DNA from: Candidatus Cloacimonadota bacterium
GTDB lineage: Bacteria; Cloacimonadota; Cloacimonadia; JGIOTU-2
DNA: 39,735 bases
Assembly (NCBI GenBank): GCA_014382495.1
Contig: JACNJR010000022.1
Span: 1-39,735 of the forward strand
Direction of reading: 5' to 3'
Below, in pieces: positions 27,049 through 36,974 of the stretch. The number at the start of each line of letters is the position of its first letter. The stretch's first letter is position 1. The translations under genes were made by a program, and so were the position numbers. The notes below the pieces were generated by a model that did not search any database, was not told the DNA's origin, and saw nothing but the letters and a program-made list of their open reading frames with translations.

Positions 27049-28194
27049 TTAATATTCTTTAATAAGATTGGAAGCGATAACCAGTCGCTGAATTTGATTT
27101 GTGCCTTCATAAATTTGAGTGATTTTTGCATCACGCATCATTTTTTCGACGGGATATTCTTTCATATAACCAGAGCCGCCGAGGATTTGCACGGCATCAG
27201 TTGTGACTTCCATCGCCACATCCGAAGCATAGCATTTGCACATTGCAGATTCTTTGCTGAATTTTTTTATGCCAGCATCCATCATTCTTGAAGTTGCATA
27301 AACGAGTGCTCTGGCGGATTCTATCTTCATTGACATATTTGCGAGCATAAACTGAATGCCTTGAAAAGATGCAATTGGTCTTCCGAATTGGCGTCTCTCT
27401 TTTGCAAAACGAACAGCTTCATCCAACGCGCCTTGAGCGATTCCAAGTGCTTGTGCAGCGACCATTGGTCGCGATTGGTCAAAAGTTTTCATTGCAATTA
27501 TAAAGCCCATTCCTTCTCGGCCAATCAGATTTTCTTTTGGTACTTTGCAATTTTCAAATATGAGTTCTCGCGTGCAGGAAGCGCGAATGCCCATTTTATC
27601 TTCCTTCTTGCCAAATGTGAATCCTTCGGTTCCTTTTTCCACGATGAATGCAGATGCGCCACGGGCTCCTTTTGCTTTGTCCGTAATTGCGAACACAGTA
27701 TAGATTTCTGCTTCGCCGCCGTTTGTAATCCACTGTTTAGTGCCGTTAAGAATGTAAAAATCGCCATCTTTTTTTGCAGAAGTTTTTATTGCTCCTGCAT
27801 CCGAGCCAGCTTCAGCTTCTGTCAATGCAAATGCTGCAAGTCGCTTTCCTGCCGCAATATCTGGAAGATATTTCTTTTTCTGCTCTTCTGAACCGCTTAT
27901 TAAAATTGGTTCAAGCCCTAACCCAGTTCCACCCAATGCAAGAGTTATGCCGCTATCAACTTTACTCAATTCTTCCATCATAACCACAAGGTCCATAAGT
28001 TTTCCGCCAAGTCCGTCATACTCTTCTGGCAACAGTACTCTGAACAAGTCGGTTTCCGCCATAATCTTCACGATATCCCAAGGAAAAGTTCCATCTTCAT
28101 CATATTTTTTGCGAACAGGTTTTATTTTTTCTTCAGCCACTTGACGAGCTAATTCTTTTATCTCTTTCTGTTCTTCGGTCAAAAAATATTCCAT
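27049..28194 (-). CDS. Acyl-CoA dehydrogenase (short/branched-chain, butyryl-CoA dehydrogenase-like)
   Basis: The 381-aa product contains ALTEAEAGSDAG, QWITNGG, FDQSRPMVAAQALGIAQGA and YEGTNQIQRLVI motifs. A GGAGGA SD lies upstream. Confidence 0.9.
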   Translation of the reverse strand: MEYFLTEEQKEIKELARQVAEEKIKPVRKKYDEDGTFPWDIVKIMAETDLFRVLLPEEYDGLGGKLMDLVVMMEELSKVDSGITLALGGTGLGLEPILISGSEEQKKKYLPDIAAGKRLAAFALTEAEAGSDAGAIKTSAKKDGDFYILNGTKQWITNGGEAEIYTVFAITDKAKGARGASAFIVEKGTEGFTFGKKEDKMGIRASCTRELIFENCKVPKENLIGREGMGFIIAMKTFDQSRPMVAAQALGIAQGALDEAVRFAKERRQFGRPIASFQGIQFMLANMSMKIESARALVYATSRMMDAGIKKFSKESAMCKCYASDVAMEVTTDAVQILGGSGYMKEYPVEKMMRDAKITQIYEGTNQIQRLVIASNLIKEY

Positions 28195-28233
28195 TTATCC
28201 TCCAGAATTTTATTATTTTAGATAGAAAAGACT

Positions 28234-28262
28234 CATTTCTAAAATAGAAATAAATTTGTCAA
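28234..28262 (-). promoter_or_regulatory. Candidate sigma70-type promoter for the acyl-CoA dehydrogenase gene
   Basis: The reverse complement of 28257-28262 is TTGACA. A weak -10 candidate (TAGAAA/AGAAAT) lies 15-16 nt downstream. This is a sequence match only. Confidence 0.25.
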
Positions 28263-28274
28263 GAATACAAAATA

Positions 28275-29300
28275 TCATTCATAGTATTTCTTCGTAAATC
28301 CAGAAATGAATTTACCTTTTTTTGTAAAAATTGATTTAATCAAACCGATTCCAAATCCCAATCCATAAGCGAAAACTTGCGTGAATAAAGTTAAAACGGA
28401 TAAAATTCCAACTTTTACAGATTTATATTTGAATGTCGATTGCACAAAAGCGAATAATAAAATGAGAACCGCAACAGAAATTTCAATCAAAAGAGATAAT
28501 CTAAAAAATGGAACCGAAATTGAAACAATCAAAGTCAGCACAAAAATAAATAGCAACAAAAATGGGAGACAATGCACGAATTTAAGCATATTTTTATCAA
28601 TTCTTCCCAAATTGATGCGTGCAATTCCCCAATTGAAAATCTGTTTAAGAAACTTTTTTAAACTCGTTCGTCTTTTGTGATAAACAATTACATCCGAAAG
28701 ATATTTCACCTTGAAACCGGCTTGATAAATCCGATTAGAAAAATCCATATCTTGCCCGTGACGGAGTTTTCCCATCCCACCTATTTTTTGATAAACTTCT
28801 TTTTTTATGCCCATATTGAAACTGCGCGGATAGTATTTTGCCACACTTTTTTTTGCACCTCTCGTTCCACCCGTGCCGATAAATGAGGTCATCGCGTAAT
28901 TTACCGCTTTGAGAAATGATGAAAAATTTTCTTTGTAAGTGTCAGGTCCGCCAAATGCATCGAAATCGTTTTGCGACAGATGATTTTGCAAATTTTCGAT
29001 ATAATTTTTTGGCACAGTGCAATCGGAATCTATAAAGACAAAAATATCTCCATTTGCTTTTGACATTCCGAGATTTCTGGCAGAGCCGGGTCCTCTGTTT
29101 TGCTGAAAATAATAATTGATTTGTAATTTTTTTTGGTATTTTTCAATAACTTCTTTCAAATTATCTGTTGAGCCGTCATCAACAATGATCACTTCAAAAT
29201 TTTTTACGGATTGTTTTTCGAAAGAGGATAGAAACTCTTCGATCTCATCTGCTCGATTGTATGCAGGAACAATTATCGAGATCAATGTAGAAGAATTCAT
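28275..29300 (-). CDS. Family 2 glycosyltransferase with C-terminal transmembrane helices
   Basis: It carries IIVPAYNRADEIEEFL...VIIVDDGSTDN, the DXD-type motif FIDSDC, and GQDMDFSNRI, followed by about 3 C-terminal TM helices. I moved the start from the track's 29375 to the ATG at 29300..29298 (MNSSTLISIIVPAYN). That ATG overlaps the YfhO TGA as TGATG. Confidence 0.8.
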   Translation of the reverse strand: MNSSTLISIIVPAYNRADEIEEFLSSFEKQSVKNFEVIIVDDGSTDNLKEVIEKYQKKLQINYYFQQNRGPGSARNLGMSKANGDIFVFIDSDCTVPKNYIENLQNHLSQNDFDAFGGPDTYKENFSSFLKAVNYAMTSFIGTGGTRGAKKSVAKYYPRSFNMGIKKEVYQKIGGMGKLRHGQDMDFSNRIYQAGFKVKYLSDVIVYHKRRTSLKKFLKQIFNWGIARINLGRIDKNMLKFVHCLPFLLLFIFVLTLIVSISVPFFRLSLLIEISVAVLILLFAFVQSTFKYKSVKVGILSVLTLFTQVFAYGLGFGIGLIKSIFTKKGKFISGFTKKYYE

Positions 29301-31774
29301 CAGAGTTGCACCGTTTTCTCTTTTCGGTTTTCCTTCTTCCGCAGAATGGCAATAACTGCAAGAGTAATTAGGCAAAGGAAAGCAAAAATATGAGCTATAA
29401 GTGAAACTGTATAATACTTCATAAAAACTTCAGGATTGAACTCAAAAAGGATTTCGTGTTCACCAACAGAATCAATATAAACTGAACGCAAAATATGGTC
29501 AGTTTTATAGATTTCTGTCTCATTTCCATCTACAAAACACTTCCAACCCGGTGGATAATATATTTCTGAAATTACGAGCAAACCCGGTTTATCGATAAAT
29601 ATCTCATACTTCATTTGATTGAAGGAAGCGTTTTCCAATTTTACAAAAGAAGAATCCGGAGATTGAATTTGGAAATCAAATTGTTCTTCCAATATTGCTG
29701 TTTTGTATGGATTGAAATCTTCATCATTAATTTTTTCAAATCGTTTTTTTCGTTCTGGAATAATTTCTATTTCATCCACAAACCAGCCAGATTTTGCGTC
29801 AATATCAGTTTGATAAACAAACATCTTATTCTGCTTATCGTAATGATATGGTTTCACATTTTGGGGCGGAAGTTGCGTATTTGCGATAAGATATTTTACA
29901 TTCAACATCTTAAAAACATTCCAATTAAGTAGATTTATCTGTAGGCAATTTTCAACTATATCCTGATAAATTCTCAATTTTGCCGCAGAATATCCGCCAA
30001 TTGAATTATGATAATATGACCAATTATTACTGTTGAATGGATTTTCTGTAATTGGATAAATTCTGAAATAACTTTTATCATGCAAAATTGCTTTATCTGC
30101 AGATGTCTTCCTGAAATGTCTTTGCTCAAGTTTTTCCATATCGTATAATTCACCTTCTGCTTTTTTCACATACGGAATTTGGTCAAGCAAAAGTAAAGTT
30201 ATTATTCCCAAAAAGAAAATGTTCGGTTTAATTTTTTTGTTTACAAAAAGTAGGATAATTGAAGCAGTCAAAATTGTGAAGAGAATCAATCGCAATCCAT
30301 CCGTTTGCATCATATCCAGCCGCGCTGATTTGTATAATTGATGATTATAATTCTCATTTTCACCAACTTTTTCAAAGGAAAATGTATTTCCAAAAATTTG
30401 TGGAATTAGTCCCAAAAAGATTAGAAAGATTGATATTCCGATGATGATTTTCTTCGGCTTCAGTTTTCCGTTTTCCGTTTTCCGTCTTCCGTTTTCCATT
30501 AAACTTTTCAGTCCAAATCCAGCCCAGATAACAATAATTATTTGCATTATAATTTGTATCATCGCTGGAACGCGGAACTTATTGAAATAGGGAATATTTT
30601 GGAAAAACAGATTATATATCAGCGGAAAATGTCTGCCAAAAGATAAAAATAAAGATAATAAAAAAAGTCCTGATAATGTCTTTATAAATCCATTTTTGAA
30701 ATTCAGAATTAGTCCCAATAATGCTAAAAACAATAAAATTACACCGATATATTCGTAAGTTTGTGTAAACGGCATATGTCCCCAATAGCCAGGAATTTGT
30801 TGTCCTTGAAGTTGTGTAACTTTGTTTCCTTTATAAATTTCGCCAGAAATTCCACCAAAAAATCTTGGCATAACCCAAGTGAACATTTCTATTGGATGAA
30901 AAGACCAACGCGTCGCATAATTCAATTCCAATCCAGTCGATTCCCTCTCGCCAGTTCCACCACGAATGGAATATGGCGTATATTCCCCTGTCACAAAAAG
31001 TGGCTGTGAAACCATCAAAATTATCAAAACCGAAGATGCAATTATCAAAATGAGTTTCAAACCAGCAGCTTTTATTTGCTTCTCTTTTAGCATTTTTATG
31101 AGATAGTAAAGTCCGACGAAAAGTAGTATGAGAATTTGGTAGAAAAGTATCTGATAATGTTGTGTCCGCACTTGCGTCGAAAACACGAATATAAAACCGA
31201 ATAACCAAATCAGATTTTTTCTATTCAAAAATGAGATAAAGAAAAAAGTGACGAGTGGAATATACATTATTGGTCGGAATTTAGCGAAGTGTCCAATATT
31301 CAGCAATGACATATAATGCGGAATGAAAATAAAAGCTAGCCCACCAAAAACCGCAGACCAATAACCAAGTTTGAAAAATTTCAAAAGAAAAAACATTCCG
31401 ATGAAACCAATGAGATAAATCCAGATATTCACATATAGAATTTTCCCAAGCCATTTATGCAGAATGGTATCAAAAGAAAATATTTTTCCACCAATTCGAT
31501 GATAAATCGGCATTCCTGAAAAAACTGGAGAATTCCAATAAACAGTTTCGCCAGTTTCCTTTTGATATTCAATTCTTTGATGAGAGCTTCCCTTTGAACC
31601 GATTACATCCACTCCGCCTGGACGCAATCCCTGAAATGCCATTGGACTAAAAACAATCAATAATAATATAAATACAATTCCAAAAGTGATAAAATTTTTT
31701 TGATAATTTTTGAGAATGAATTTTGGTCTGCTCTCTTTTTTCTTTTCAGAAATTCTCTTTTTTGATTTTGCCAT
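29300..31774 (-). CDS. YfhO-family polytopic membrane protein (GT-C-type glycosyltransferase-like)
   Basis: The 824-aa product has more than 10 TM helices. The N-terminal WNSPVFSGMPIY motif is typical of YfhO proteins. A large C-terminal extracytoplasmic domain is followed by a terminal TM helix. Confidence 0.7.
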   Translation of the reverse strand: MAKSKKRISEKKKESRPKFILKNYQKNFITFGIVFILLLIVFSPMAFQGLRPGGVDVIGSKGSSHQRIEYQKETGETVYWNSPVFSGMPIYHRIGGKIFSFDTILHKWLGKILYVNIWIYLIGFIGMFFLLKFFKLGYWSAVFGGLAFIFIPHYMSLLNIGHFAKFRPIMYIPLVTFFFISFLNRKNLIWLFGFIFVFSTQVRTQHYQILFYQILILLFVGLYYLIKMLKEKQIKAAGLKLILIIASSVLIILMVSQPLFVTGEYTPYSIRGGTGERESTGLELNYATRWSFHPIEMFTWVMPRFFGGISGEIYKGNKVTQLQGQQIPGYWGHMPFTQTYEYIGVILLFLALLGLILNFKNGFIKTLSGLFLLSLFLSFGRHFPLIYNLFFQNIPYFNKFRVPAMIQIIMQIIIVIWAGFGLKSLMENGRRKTENGKLKPKKIIIGISIFLIFLGLIPQIFGNTFSFEKVGENENYNHQLYKSARLDMMQTDGLRLILFTILTASIILLFVNKKIKPNIFFLGIITLLLLDQIPYVKKAEGELYDMEKLEQRHFRKTSADKAILHDKSYFRIYPITENPFNSNNWSYYHNSIGGYSAAKLRIYQDIVENCLQINLLNWNVFKMLNVKYLIANTQLPPQNVKPYHYDKQNKMFVYQTDIDAKSGWFVDEIEIIPERKKRFEKINDEDFNPYKTAILEEQFDFQIQSPDSSFVKLENASFNQMKYEIFIDKPGLLVISEIYYPPGWKCFVDGNETEIYKTDHILRSVYIDSVGEHEILFEFNPEVFMKYYTVSLIAHIFAFLCLITLAVIAILRKKENRKEKTVQL
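30463..30497 (-). repeat. Five tandem copies of the heptanucleotide GTTTTCC (fourth copy GTCTTCC) inside the YfhO-like CDS
   Basis: Read directly as gttttcc gttttcc gttttcc gtcttcc gttttcc. It encodes ENGRRKTENGKL in a predicted soluble loop. Confidence 0.9.
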
Positions 31775-31783
31775 TATTTTTCC

Positions 31784-33283
31784 TTACTTGAATTTAATTT
31801 GAGAGATATTTTTTTTCCAATTTTGTGGACTTTTCCACTTCTGCCAGCTTTGTTTTAATCTTTTAAGTTCAATCTTTTCATAGAAATTCAAAAAATATAA
31901 AATAAAGGGGAATGAAAATATTATTGCAATTTTTATTAAAATTCTTGCTAAAATATTTAAATTTGCTGTCAAGGTTGATAGGAAGAATAAGACACCAGCC
32001 AGAATTAACATCTTTAAAATTTTCATATTTTCATAAGGGATTTTATAAAAACGGTTTGCTGTAAAATAGGTGATGAAATACAAAACAATAAATGAAATCA
32101 GCGTGGCAACCGCCGCTCCCATCATTTTGTATTTTGGAATGAAAAGAAAATTTAGAATAACATTTAAAATTAATACAAAAACAGTGTTATAAGCAACATA
32201 TTTCGTTTTGTTTTTTAGATATAAACCCAAATTAACAACGTATTTTGCACCACCAAAAATGTAGGCAAGAATGATAATTGGCACAATTTTATAAGCAAGC
32301 CAATAATCAGGATTTAAGGTAAAAGTTTCGATAAGTTCTTTGCTGAAAAAAGCTAATCCAAGTCCAGCCCAAAACAGAATAAAGACAAAATATGTTTGTA
32401 ATTTGGAGTAAAAACGCTTATCACCTTTTTGTTGAAAAATTTTGTATACAATTGGTAAAAACCCGAGTGCAAAAGATTGTATTAACAGTACATTTAAAAT
32501 TCCGGCAATTTTATATCCGAGATTGTAAAGCCCAACTTCTTCATAATTTACCAATATTTTAAGAAGATAACGATCTCCCATATTCAGAAGCATTCCAGCG
32601 AGAGAAGCAAAAATTAATGGAAACCCAAAACGAAGTGCTGATTTCAGAATTTTAGAGTCAAATTTAGGCATCATCTCTGAAATCATTTTCGGGAATAGAA
32701 TAAGAAATAGAATGCCATCACCAATTAAATAAGAAAATAAAATTCCCTTTATGCCAATTTTTGCAAACGCAACAAAATAGATATTCAACCCCAAAATCAC
32801 GACAATTTTTAAAATATTAGCAAGAGCATAAAAAATTGATTTCTCTTTTATTCGTAAATCCGCAAGAAAAAGTCTGTTAATAATTCGCAATGAAATTACG
32901 GCAAAACAGAGTTTGAAATATATGGTGAATTCAGTTGGATTTGAAAAATAAGCCGCGAAATTATTAGCAAAAAAATATCCGATAATGTTTAATAAAATCG
33001 CTATGGAAAAGAGTGAAATAAATGTTGTGAATAGTGTAGATTTTCTCTTTTCGCGGAATTCATTTAAATTATGAAATCGCATATATGCGTTTGGCTGTCC
33101 AAAAATTAAAACTTGTGCAAGAATCACAATAGTTATTTCCAAAATGCCAAGAATGCCATATTCGGAAACTGTGATATGTTTCGTGTAAAGTGGTAACAAC
33201 ACTATGCCAATCAGCTTTGTGGCAATGCTGCCAATTCCATAAATAGCTGAATGTTTTATTGTGTTTTTAATTTTTTTTAGCAT
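31784..33283 (-). CDS. Oligosaccharide/polysaccharide flippase (Wzx/MOP superfamily)
   Basis: The 499-aa product has about 12-14 TM helices. The N-terminus SAIYGIGSIATKLIGIVLLPLYTKHITVSEYG is typical of polysaccharide biosynthesis flippases. Confidence 0.75.
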   Translation of the reverse strand: MLKKIKNTIKHSAIYGIGSIATKLIGIVLLPLYTKHITVSEYGILGILEITIVILAQVLIFGQPNAYMRFHNLNEFREKRKSTLFTTFISLFSIAILLNIIGYFFANNFAAYFSNPTEFTIYFKLCFAVISLRIINRLFLADLRIKEKSIFYALANILKIVVILGLNIYFVAFAKIGIKGILFSYLIGDGILFLILFPKMISEMMPKFDSKILKSALRFGFPLIFASLAGMLLNMGDRYLLKILVNYEEVGLYNLGYKIAGILNVLLIQSFALGFLPIVYKIFQQKGDKRFYSKLQTYFVFILFWAGLGLAFFSKELIETFTLNPDYWLAYKIVPIIILAYIFGGAKYVVNLGLYLKNKTKYVAYNTVFVLILNVILNFLFIPKYKMMGAAVATLISFIVLYFITYFTANRFYKIPYENMKILKMLILAGVLFFLSTLTANLNILARILIKIAIIFSFPFILYFLNFYEKIELKRLKQSWQKWKSPQNWKKNISQIKFK

Positions 33284-33338
33284 TTAGAAAGAATTTATAG
33301 TAGTTATTTTCATAAATGCTCTATGATTTTAATCATAT

Positions 33339-33842
33339 TCAACGATTTCCTTTTGGAATTCTTCTTTTTATAATTTTAGCAGGCACTCCACCTACTATAG
33401 TGTAAGACCCTACATCTTTGTTAACTACTGCACCTGCGGCAATGATAGCACCTTTCCCAATTGTTACTCCTGGTAAAATAATAGCTCTTGCTCCAATCCA
33501 AACATCATCTTCAATTATTACTTTTTCTATTGTATGGCCTTGTTCACGAATAGGTATATCTACTCTAGCATAGTTATGATTGGCTGAATGTATTATTACT
33601 GAAGGTCCTATTAAAACATTATTTCCTATTTCTACTTTTCCTATTGCGTTAACCCAAAAATTATCATTTATGGCAACATTATGTCCAATACTTAAATTTT
33701 GAGGGTTATATATTGTAGGTTTGCTCCATAATTGTAGGTCAGGATAACTTTTCTGTAGTTTAAATTTATAAATAATAGAATAGAACAAAAACTTAATTCT
33801 CCTTTTTATACCGACAAATCTATAAAGAATTTTCTTAATCAT
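33339..33842 (-). CDS. Left-handed beta-helix (hexapeptide-repeat) O-acetyltransferase
   Basis: It contains [18 protein letters not shown]...[51 protein letters not shown]. Confidence 0.85.
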   Translation of the reverse strand: MIKKILYRFVGIKRRIKFLFYSIIYKFKLQKSYPDLQLWSKPTIYNPQNLSIGHNVAINDNFWVNAIGKVEIGNNVLIGPSVIIHSANHNYARVDIPIREQGHTIEKVIIEDDVWIGARAIILPGVTIGKGAIIAAGAVVNKDVGSYTIVGGVPAKIIKRRIPKGNR

Positions 33843-33860
33843 TTTTAATATAAATTATAT

Positions 33861-34751
33861 CTATCTGTTTTGAGCAATTAATCTAATCCATCTTCCATTA
33901 TTATTATATACTTCAAACTTATATTCAGCAGTTAACGGTTTTTTATTCTTTCTTATTGCAGAAATCTTCTTCTTAAAAAATTGCTTTGATTTAACAACTT
34001 GCGGGAAGTGTCTTATCAACGACTTTCTTAACTTTGATTTCCTTAGATTTTCAATATTTTCACCCACAGTTACGATATCCAAAATATTCATGTCTAATTC
34101 CCCAAAAAGTTTTTTAAGTGAGAACTTATTAAAGACTATTAAATGTGCACCTAAATATGCTTTAAAAATATCATCTTGATTTGGAACCTCAACAAGCATA
34201 TAGCCATCTTTTTTTAAAAGTCTCTTTAAATCCTTTAAATATTTAGTCGGTTCTCTAAAATGTTCAACAATATGAGATAAAATGATAATATCATAATCAG
34301 ATTCATCTATAGATTCCCAATTAGAATATAATTTTTTTATCCCTTTATTTTTCAATTCATCTTGCATAATAGTGTCGCACTCAATTGCTGAATAATTTAC
34401 AGTTTTATTATCAGATTCTAATTTATCATAAATATAAGCGTGACCAGCCCCTACATCTAGAATTTTCATATTTTCAAAACGGGACAAATGTTTTTTGAGA
34501 TATTTAATTCTAAATAGTGTTTGTATATAGTGAAAGTCACGTGCATCCCGGCTATCTGATTGAACATCTTTCCAATAATATTTATTAAATTCTATTAAAT
34601 CTTTTTCAGATGGCATAGGGTGAACCGATTTTGCAAGGCAGTTATTGCAAGTGACAAGTTTGGTGTTTACAAAAATTTTCGATTTAGCATAATGCTTTTC
34701 TACCTTTTTATATTTTTTACTCATACAAATTGGGCATTGCCAATCAATCAT
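33861..34751 (-). CDS. Class I SAM-dependent methyltransferase with an N-terminal Cys4 zinc-ribbon
   Basis: The Cys4 ribbon is CPIC...CNNC. Motif I reads ILDVGAGHAY, and the downstream region reads IIILSHIVEHF. Confidence 0.8.
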   Translation of the reverse strand: MIDWQCPICMSKKYKKVEKHYAKSKIFVNTKLVTCNNCLAKSVHPMPSEKDLIEFNKYYWKDVQSDSRDARDFHYIQTLFRIKYLKKHLSRFENMKILDVGAGHAYIYDKLESDNKTVNYSAIECDTIMQDELKNKGIKKLYSNWESIDESDYDIIILSHIVEHFREPTKYLKDLKRLLKKDGYMLVEVPNQDDIFKAYLGAHLIVFNKFSLKKLFGELDMNILDIVTVGENIENLRKSKLRKSLIRHFPQVVKSKQFFKKKISAIRKNKKPLTAEYKFEVYNNNGRWIRLIAQNR

Positions 34752-34799
34752 TATATCAATATCTCCAATATATTTTTCTTTATAATAATCATAAAACTG

Positions 34800-36941
34800 T
34801 TAGGCATCGCTAATTAATAGAGTTATTTCCGTTGTCTGTACTATATCCCAAAAGTCAATAGGCCATTCTGAATTATTGCCAATTATAGAATCATATAACC
34901 TTTCAAGTTCTTCAATATGACCTTTATCACTTTTTTTAGTTCCAATATTTTTAAGATTTATTCCATAACTTTTTAGCGATCTATAGTCATTCATAGTTAT
35001 AGTTTTTTCATCATAATGAATTTCCATATATTCCTTGGGAAACTTTTTGTTACCACAAGCAAAATATTCAATAGTAGCAATAGAACCATCAGAATATTTT
35101 AATATTATGGATTTGTTATCTGTAGATGAAAAGTAATTTGTCTTTGGAGATAAATTTTCATAACTAATAGATTTAATTTTACTTTCAGTAAAAAAAGTCA
35201 TTAAATCAATAATATGGCAGGCTTCTCCTATAATTCTACCACCATTTTCGTGAACCCAACTATCCAAAGGTATATAGCCAGCATTCATTCTATAATGTAT
35301 AAATAAAGGATTAATTCTTTTTTTTGTGCAGTTTTTTATTTCTTTAGAATATTTACTAAATCTTCTATTAAATCCGACCATAAGAAGAGGATAATCTTCA
35401 GTGTTTTTATAAAATTTTTCTATTTCATTTAATTCTTTTTTAGTAGTACACAATGGCTTTTCAACAAATACATTTTTATCAGCCTTTAAAGCGGCAAGTA
35501 TATATTGTCCATGACTATCATGTCTCGTTGTAATCATTACAAGATCAATATTTTTATCATTAATAATATCATCAAAATCAGAAGTAACATAATTAGCATT
35601 ATATTCTTTAGCTACCGACTTACCTTTACTTCCCATTTTATCCATAATAGCATATATATTGAATTTATTGGATAATTTCTTTATATTTGGTAAGTGAATA
35701 TTTTGAGCAAAATTTCCACAACCAATTAATCCAATATTTATAATAGATTTACCAATATTCTTTTTTGTTTTAATAACAACTTTACTCGTTGGTATTTTAA
35801 AACACTCAGAATTGTCTATTTTTGGAGATGCATATTGTAACAATACTAATAATGGTCTAATATCTTTAGAAAATGATTCAAACGCTTTTTCCGCCTGTTC
35901 AATAGGATATATTTCATCTACGATTTTTTCAAGATTAATTTTTTTATCCTGAATTAAATTTAAATACTCCTGCATATTTCTATTTTCAGTCCATCTAACA
36001 TAGGAATAAGGATAATCGACTCCCTTTTCTTCATAATTCTTATCGTATCTTCCAGGTCCATAGGAAGTTGAAATAAGAAAATCTAATTCTTTGGGATAAA
36101 TATCCTTTCGGGCAATTTCCATGCCGGAAATACCAACTAGTACAACTTTCCCTTTTTTACGACAAATTTGAAAAGCTTTAGATAGCGGCTCATTACTTGA
36201 TGTGGCTGCAGTAAAAATCACTGCATCTACACCATGATAGTTAGTCCAATTTACAACATCTTCAACATAACTATCTTCATTGGGATTTAAGATGAGATCT
36301 GCCCCTATTTCCTCTGCAATTTTCAATCTTTTTGGATCTGGTTCTATTACAACAACATAAATACCGGCAGCTTTTAATATTTGTAGAGTAAGTAAACCGA
36401 GAACACCACTTCCAATAATTGCACAATATTCTCCTATTCTAAGATCTGCACGCCGAACTCCTTGTAATGCAATTGCACCTATTGTTACAGTAGAAGCATC
36501 TTGAAAACTAACATTCTTGGGAATTTTTGTAATAAGATTTTTAGGAGTAACTACATATTCTGCATGATTTGCAATGCCTCCACCGGATACGGTAACTCTA
36601 TCTCCAATATCGTAATCCGTAACTTCTTCCCCTTTATCAATTACTATTCCACTCAATGAATATCCTGATGGTTTGTCTTTTTTCTTGGTTTCTTTTTTGA
36701 TAATATTTAGGGTTCCAGCAATACCTTTATTTCTTAATTTTGTAAAAGCTTTATTTATTTTTGAAGGGTCTTCCATAACCTGCTTAATGAGACCTTTTCC
36801 ACTATCTTGCAAACCATTTATCTCGGTTCCGGGGGAAATACAGCTATAAATTGTTTTTACTAGAACAGTATCTTTTTCCAACTTGGGAATAGGAACATTT
36901 TCTGGAACTGCTGCTCCAGAATTAATTAGTATTTGTTTCAT
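34800..36941 (-). CDS. Bi-domain oxidoreductase: N-terminal MDR/zinc-type alcohol dehydrogenase fused to C-terminal Gfo/Idh/MocA dehydrogenase
   Basis: The N-terminal half contains YSCISPGTE and the Rossmann motif AIIGSGVLGLLTLQILKAAG. The C-terminal half contains IGLIGCGNFAQNIHLPN and the EKPL motif (VFVEKPLCTT). Confidence 0.8.
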   Translation of the reverse strand: MKQILINSGAAVPENVPIPKLEKDTVLVKTIYSCISPGTEINGLQDSGKGLIKQVMEDPSKINKAFTKLRNKGIAGTLNIIKKETKKKDKPSGYSLSGIVIDKGEEVTDYDIGDRVTVSGGGIANHAEYVVTPKNLITKIPKNVSFQDASTVTIGAIALQGVRRADLRIGEYCAIIGSGVLGLLTLQILKAAGIYVVVIEPDPKRLKIAEEIGADLILNPNEDSYVEDVVNWTNYHGVDAVIFTAATSSNEPLSKAFQICRKKGKVVLVGISGMEIARKDIYPKELDFLISTSYGPGRYDKNYEEKGVDYPYSYVRWTENRNMQEYLNLIQDKKINLEKIVDEIYPIEQAEKAFESFSKDIRPLLVLLQYASPKIDNSECFKIPTSKVVIKTKKNIGKSIINIGLIGCGNFAQNIHLPNIKKLSNKFNIYAIMDKMGSKGKSVAKEYNANYVTSDFDDIINDKNIDLVMITTRHDSHGQYILAALKADKNVFVEKPLCTTKKELNEIEKFYKNTEDYPLLMVGFNRRFSKYSKEIKNCTKKRINPLFIHYRMNAGYIPLDSWVHENGGRIIGEACHIIDLMTFFTESKIKSISYENLSPKTNYFSSTDNKSIILKYSDGSIATIEYFACGNKKFPKEYMEIHYDEKTITMNDYRSLKSYGINLKNIGTKKSDKGHIEELERLYDSIIGNNSEWPIDFWDIVQTTEITLLISDA

Positions 36942-36974
36942 AATATATTTTTCTCCTTTTTTTAAGTAATATAT

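Noticed and set aside
29301-29375. A Cys-rich N-terminal extension of the GT2 (MPNYSCSYCHSAEEGKPKRENGATL) that would overlap yfhO by 76 nt
   Set aside because: An internal ATG at 29300 gives a canonical GT2 N-terminus (MNSSTLISIIVPAYN) and a TGATG stop/start junction. The extension is most likely an artefact of longest-ORF calling.
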